Origin: Syntrophales bacterium
GTDB taxonomy: Bacteria; Desulfobacterota; Syntrophia; Syntrophales; UBA4778
Assembly: GCA_963665615.2 (NCBI GenBank)
Contig: CAXXQE010000001.1
Location: 124,001-188,000, forward strand
Direction of reading: 5' to 3'
Length of the DNA stretch: 64,000 nucleotides
Every line of letters begins with the position of its first letter. Position 1 is the first letter of the stretch. Below, in pieces: positions 60,822 through 64,000 of this stretch. The notes under the pieces were generated by a model, which searched no databases, had not been told where the DNA came from, and was given only the letters and a program-made list of their open reading frames with translations. A program made the translations under genes and the position numbers.

Positions 60822-62327
60822 ATGTCATCAAACGATATTTCATTGAGACCGAAGCAGGACTATATTGAGAACCTGAAACGGATGCAGCCGAATGTCCGGT
60901 ACGACGGCCAGATCATCGCGCGCGACGACAAGGCATTCGGGCCGGCGATCAACTGCGTCGGAACGACGATGGAGTTGCCGATGCTGCCGGAGTATCAGGA
61001 ACTGTTCACGGTCAATTCCCACATCACCGGCAAGAAGATCACGCGCTATCTTCACATTCATCAGAGCCCTGGGGATCTGATGGCCAAACAGCAGATGGTC
61101 AGGACGAACTGCCGCCTGGCCGGCGGCTGCATGCAGCGGTGCATGGGCATGGATGCCCTGAATGCCATCTCGGTAGCGACCTGGGAGATGGACCAGGCCC
61201 TGGGAACCTCCTATTACCCGGTCTATCTGGAGTACATGAAGAAGTATCAGGAGAATCAGTGGATCGGCAACTGCGCGCAAACGGACATCAAGGGCGACCG
61301 CAAGGCCAGACCGCATCAGCAGGCCGATCCGGACGTCTACGTCCGTTGCGTCTCACGAAACAAGGACGGCATCATCGTCAGCGGCTGCAAGACGCACATC
61401 GGCATTGCACCGGTCGCCGAGGAATTGATCGTGCTTCCGACGCGCGCCCTGACAAAGGAAGAGGATGACTGGGCTGTAGCCTTTGCGCTCCCGGCGGATA
61501 CCAAGGGTGTGACGATTCTGGCCCGGTACCGCAACCCCAGAGAACGGCTTTCCGTCAAGGCGCCGATTACAACGACCGGCGACACCGTGGGCATGGTCAT
61601 TTTCGATAATGTGTTCGTTCCGTGGGATCGCGTCTTCATGTGCGGCGCGAAGAAGGGCGAGTGGGAATTCGGCGGTCGCCTGGCGCTGCTCTTCGCCTTG
61701 AATCACCGCAACAGCTATTGCGGCTGCAAACCCGCGATGGTGGATATTATCGTCGGCGCCTCGGCCCTGGCCGCGGAGTATAACGGGATCGCCAAGTCCA
61801 AGCATATCGAGATGAAGCTGGCGGAGATGCTCTCTGTCGCAGAGCTGACGTATGCGGCGGGAACCGCCAGTTCGGTCTTCGGCAAGGTCCAGCCCTGCGG
61901 CACCTGCACCCCTAATCCGGTCTACGCCAACGTGGGCAGACGCCATGCCGGCGAGAACATCTACAACGAGGATAAAGGCCTTGCGGAAATCTGCGGCGGT
62001 ATTCCGGCCACCCTGCCGACAGAAGGCGATTTCATGGATCCCTATACCGGCCCGCTGCTCCGGAAATACATGATGCGCGATCCGGCCGTCTCGGCGGAGA
62101 ATCAGGAGAAGCTGTGGCGGATGGTTGCCGACATTACATCGTCGGAGTACAGCGGCCTGCTCCAGTACGCCCACCTGCACGGCGGTGGCTCCCCGGTCAT
62201 GGAGGCCATTGCGCTTCTGAAGGAATACGATCTCGAGGAGAGAAAATCCCTCGTGAAGTACCTGGCCGGCATCGACAAGGACTACATCGTGAAGCCCTGG
62301 AAAGGTGCGGAAGGCAAATCACTGTAA
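60822..62327 (+). CDS. 4-hydroxybutyryl-CoA dehydratase-like protein (AbfD/HpaB superfamily)
   Basis: CMQRCMGMDA, TDIKGDR, FDNVFVPWDRVF, HRNSYCGCK, HGGGSP. Confidence 0.85.
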   Translation: MSSNDISLRPKQDYIENLKRMQPNVRYDGQIIARDDKAFGPAINCVGTTMELPMLPEYQELFTVNSHITGKKITRYLHIHQSPGDLMAKQQMVRTNCRLAGGCMQRCMGMDALNAISVATWEMDQALGTSYYPVYLEYMKKYQENQWIGNCAQTDIKGDRKARPHQQADPDVYVRCVSRNKDGIIVSGCKTHIGIAPVAEELIVLPTRALTKEEDDWAVAFALPADTKGVTILARYRNPRERLSVKAPITTTGDTVGMVIFDNVFVPWDRVFMCGAKKGEWEFGGRLALLFALNHRNSYCGCKPAMVDIIVGASALAAEYNGIAKSKHIEMKLAEMLSVAELTYAAGTASSVFGKVQPCGTCTPNPVYANVGRRHAGENIYNEDKGLAEICGGIPATLPTEGDFMDPYTGPLLRKYMMRDPAVSAENQEKLWRMVADITSSEYSGLLQYAHLHGGGSPVMEAIALLKEYDLEERKSLVKYLAGIDKDYIVKPWKGAEGKSL

Positions 62328-62337
62328 GATGATGAAA

Positions 62338-62370
62338 GGGGCGGCTCGACCGAAGGGGAGAGCCGCCCCC
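62338..62370 (+). terminator. GC-rich intergenic hairpin (terminator or mRNA stabiliser)
   Basis: GGGGCGGCTC...GAGCCGCCCC, no clear U-tract. Confidence 0.4.
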
Positions 62371-62414
62371 GATCAGAATATTGTTGATTTATTTTACAAT
62401 ATCGTGAGCTCGTA

Positions 62415-63206
62415 ATGAAGAGATTAGAAAATAAAGTTGCATTGATCACGGGCGGCTCAACAGGCATCGGCGAGGAACTCGTCCGTCGCTTAGCCGCCGA
62501 GGGCGCGCGGGTCGCCTTCTGCGCCAGAACCGTCGAAACCGGAAAGGCCGTCGAGTCGGCGCTCCAGGCGGCAGGCTGTGAAACGAGCTTTACCCCATGC
62601 GACGTCTCCGACGAGAAGGCCGTTGCCGCATGGGTGGACGGCGTTGTCGCAAAATACGGGCGGCTGGACATCGTTATTGCCAATGCAGGCGGGGCGCGTC
62701 TCAAGCCCTGGCCGGCCGAATCGGCCGATGCCTTCGACAAGACGATTCAGCTTAACTTGAACGGGATGATGTACCTGTGCAAGGCCGCCTGGCCGCACCT
62801 CATTGCTTCTGGCGGCGGCTCCGTGATTGCGATTACCTCTCTGTCGGCCTGGATGGCCGTCGGTAGCGATCAACTCGAACGCATGGGCGGCGCGCAGCCA
62901 TCTCCCTCCTACCAGGCCGCCAAGGCCGCCATGGAAGGCCTGGCCGTTCATCTCGCAGGCAGAGGCGGTGAACATAACATCCGCGTCAATGTCATCCGCC
63001 CCGGCCGCATCCTGACCGGAAAATTAGAAAACATGCTTGGCGAAGAGGGGCTCTTCTGGCCGCACTACCGAGAGATGCAGCTTCTGAAACGGCACGGCCG
63101 CAGCGAGGATATCGCACATGCCGCCGTGTTTCTCGCCTCAGATGAATCGAGCTTCATCACCGGCGCCATGCTCGACATTAACGGCGGCGCCGTTGCAAAG
63201 CTTTAG
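62415..63206 (+). CDS. SDR family oxidoreductase
   Basis: TGGSTGIG, ANAG, YQAAK, SFITGA..DINGG. Confidence 0.92.
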   Translation: MKRLENKVALITGGSTGIGEELVRRLAAEGARVAFCARTVETGKAVESALQAAGCETSFTPCDVSDEKAVAAWVDGVVAKYGRLDIVIANAGGARLKPWPAESADAFDKTIQLNLNGMMYLCKAAWPHLIASGGGSVIAITSLSAWMAVGSDQLERMGGAQPSPSYQAAKAAMEGLAVHLAGRGGEHNIRVNVIRPGRILTGKLENMLGEEGLFWPHYREMQLLKRHGRSEDIAHAAVFLASDESSFITGAMLDINGGAVAKL

Positions 63207-63215
63207 GAGAACTTT

Positions 63216-64000
63216 ATGCGTGCAGCCGTCGTCAACGAGTCGCAGAAACTGGAAGTTGTTACACTGCCTGAGCCTGTTGCAGAGCCGGGTGAGTTTATCC
63301 TGAAAGTAGAGGCCTGCGGCATCTGCGGATCGGATTTAAAAGCAATTGATAGCACGCCGCCCGGCTTCGTTATGGGACATGAATTTTCAGGGGAGATCGT
63401 TTCCCTGGGAAAAGGGGTCCAGGGTTGGCGCGAGGGACAACACGTTACGGCGTTGCCCGTTATCGGCTGCGGGCATTGTTTTTCTTGCAGCACGGACGAT
63501 GTAGCCCATTGCAAGACAGTGGATACGATCGGTGTCGCCGGCAGCCCCGGAGCGTTTGCCGAGTACATTCGCGTGAGCGCCCGCGAAGCCTTTCTGCTGC
63601 CCCCCGGATTTTCCAAGGGGCAAGGCGCGCTGGTGGAACCGCTTGCCGTTGCCCTTCACGCCGTCAAAGCGGCCGAAATCCGTCCCGGCGATCAGGTCCT
63701 GATTATCGGTGCCGGGGCGATCGGACTGGCCGTGATGATGTGGGCCCGCCACCTGGGCGCCTCCGAGATTACCGTGAGCGACCCGATGGCCCAGCGACGC
63801 GACTTGGCGGCAAAACTGGGCGCGGACCACCTCATCGATCCTGCAACTGAAAAAATCACTGGCCGATACCGGGTGGTGATTGAATGTGTCGGCATTCCCG
63901 GAATGATTGCGACGGCTATCCGCGCTGCAGCGCTTCACGGTTGCGTTGTTTTCACCGGGGCATGCCAAAAGCCGGACACCTTTGTGCCTATCGGGGCCCA
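63216..64000 (+). CDS. Zinc-dependent alcohol dehydrogenase family protein (runs off window end; absent from ORF track)
   Basis: AGGAG RBS; MRAAVV...CGICGSD...GHEFSG...CGHCFSC...C...VEPLAV...GAGAIG. Confidence 0.9.
   Translation, partial: MRAAVVNESQKLEVVTLPEPVAEPGEFILKVEACGICGSDLKAIDSTPPGFVMGHEFSGEIVSLGKGVQGWREGQHVTALPVIGCGHCFSCSTDDVAHCKTVDTIGVAGSPGAFAEYIRVSAREAFLLPPGFSKGQGALVEPLAVALHAVKAAEIRPGDQVLIIGAGAIGLAVMMWARHLGASEITVSDPMAQRRDLAAKLGADHLIDPATEKITGRYRVVIECVGIPGMIATAIRAAALHGCVVFTGACQKPDTFVPIGA

Noticed and set aside
60822..62327. 4-hydroxyphenylacetate 3-monooxygenase (HpaB)
   Set aside because: Retained Fe-S ligand pattern and anaerobic gene context favour an AbfD-like dehydratase.

Overview
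A GC-rich bacterial chromosome segment whose gene content and order suggest an anaerobic deltaproteobacterium (Desulfobacterota/Syntrophales-like; inference). 0.9-16.3 kb is a housekeeping block: gltX, yceD-rpmF-fabG-acpP-rpiB-glyA-deaminase-nrdR-ribE-ribBA-ribH-nusB-leuS-lptE-ettA. It is followed by an intergenic DnaA-box cluster and ppdK. The rest is mostly accessory. It includes two PEP-CTERM genes sharing a sigma54 promoter plus TGT-N11-ACA enhancer layout, and an AT-rich island. The island encodes a MazG-like pyrophosphatase coupled to a nuclease-DUF2075 helicase fused to a LexA/S24-like domain, plus a decayed third gene, and is the best candidate for a new defence-type system. Also present are ExeA/ExeB, a FIST-hybrid kinase pair, a Slp-Slp-CoA-disulfide reductase-Pfk operon, MCP-cheW, and a large TPR-GAF sigma54 activator divergent from an AbfD-like/SDR/Zn-ADH operon. 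At least three families of intergenic MITE/REP-like repeats recur. Single-base frameshifts cluster at about 0.3-5.7 kb and 26.8-30.7 kb and hit essential genes, so most are probably consensus errors. No rRNA, tRNA, CRISPR array, transposase or integrase was recognised. All family calls are from motif recognition by eye, with no database search.
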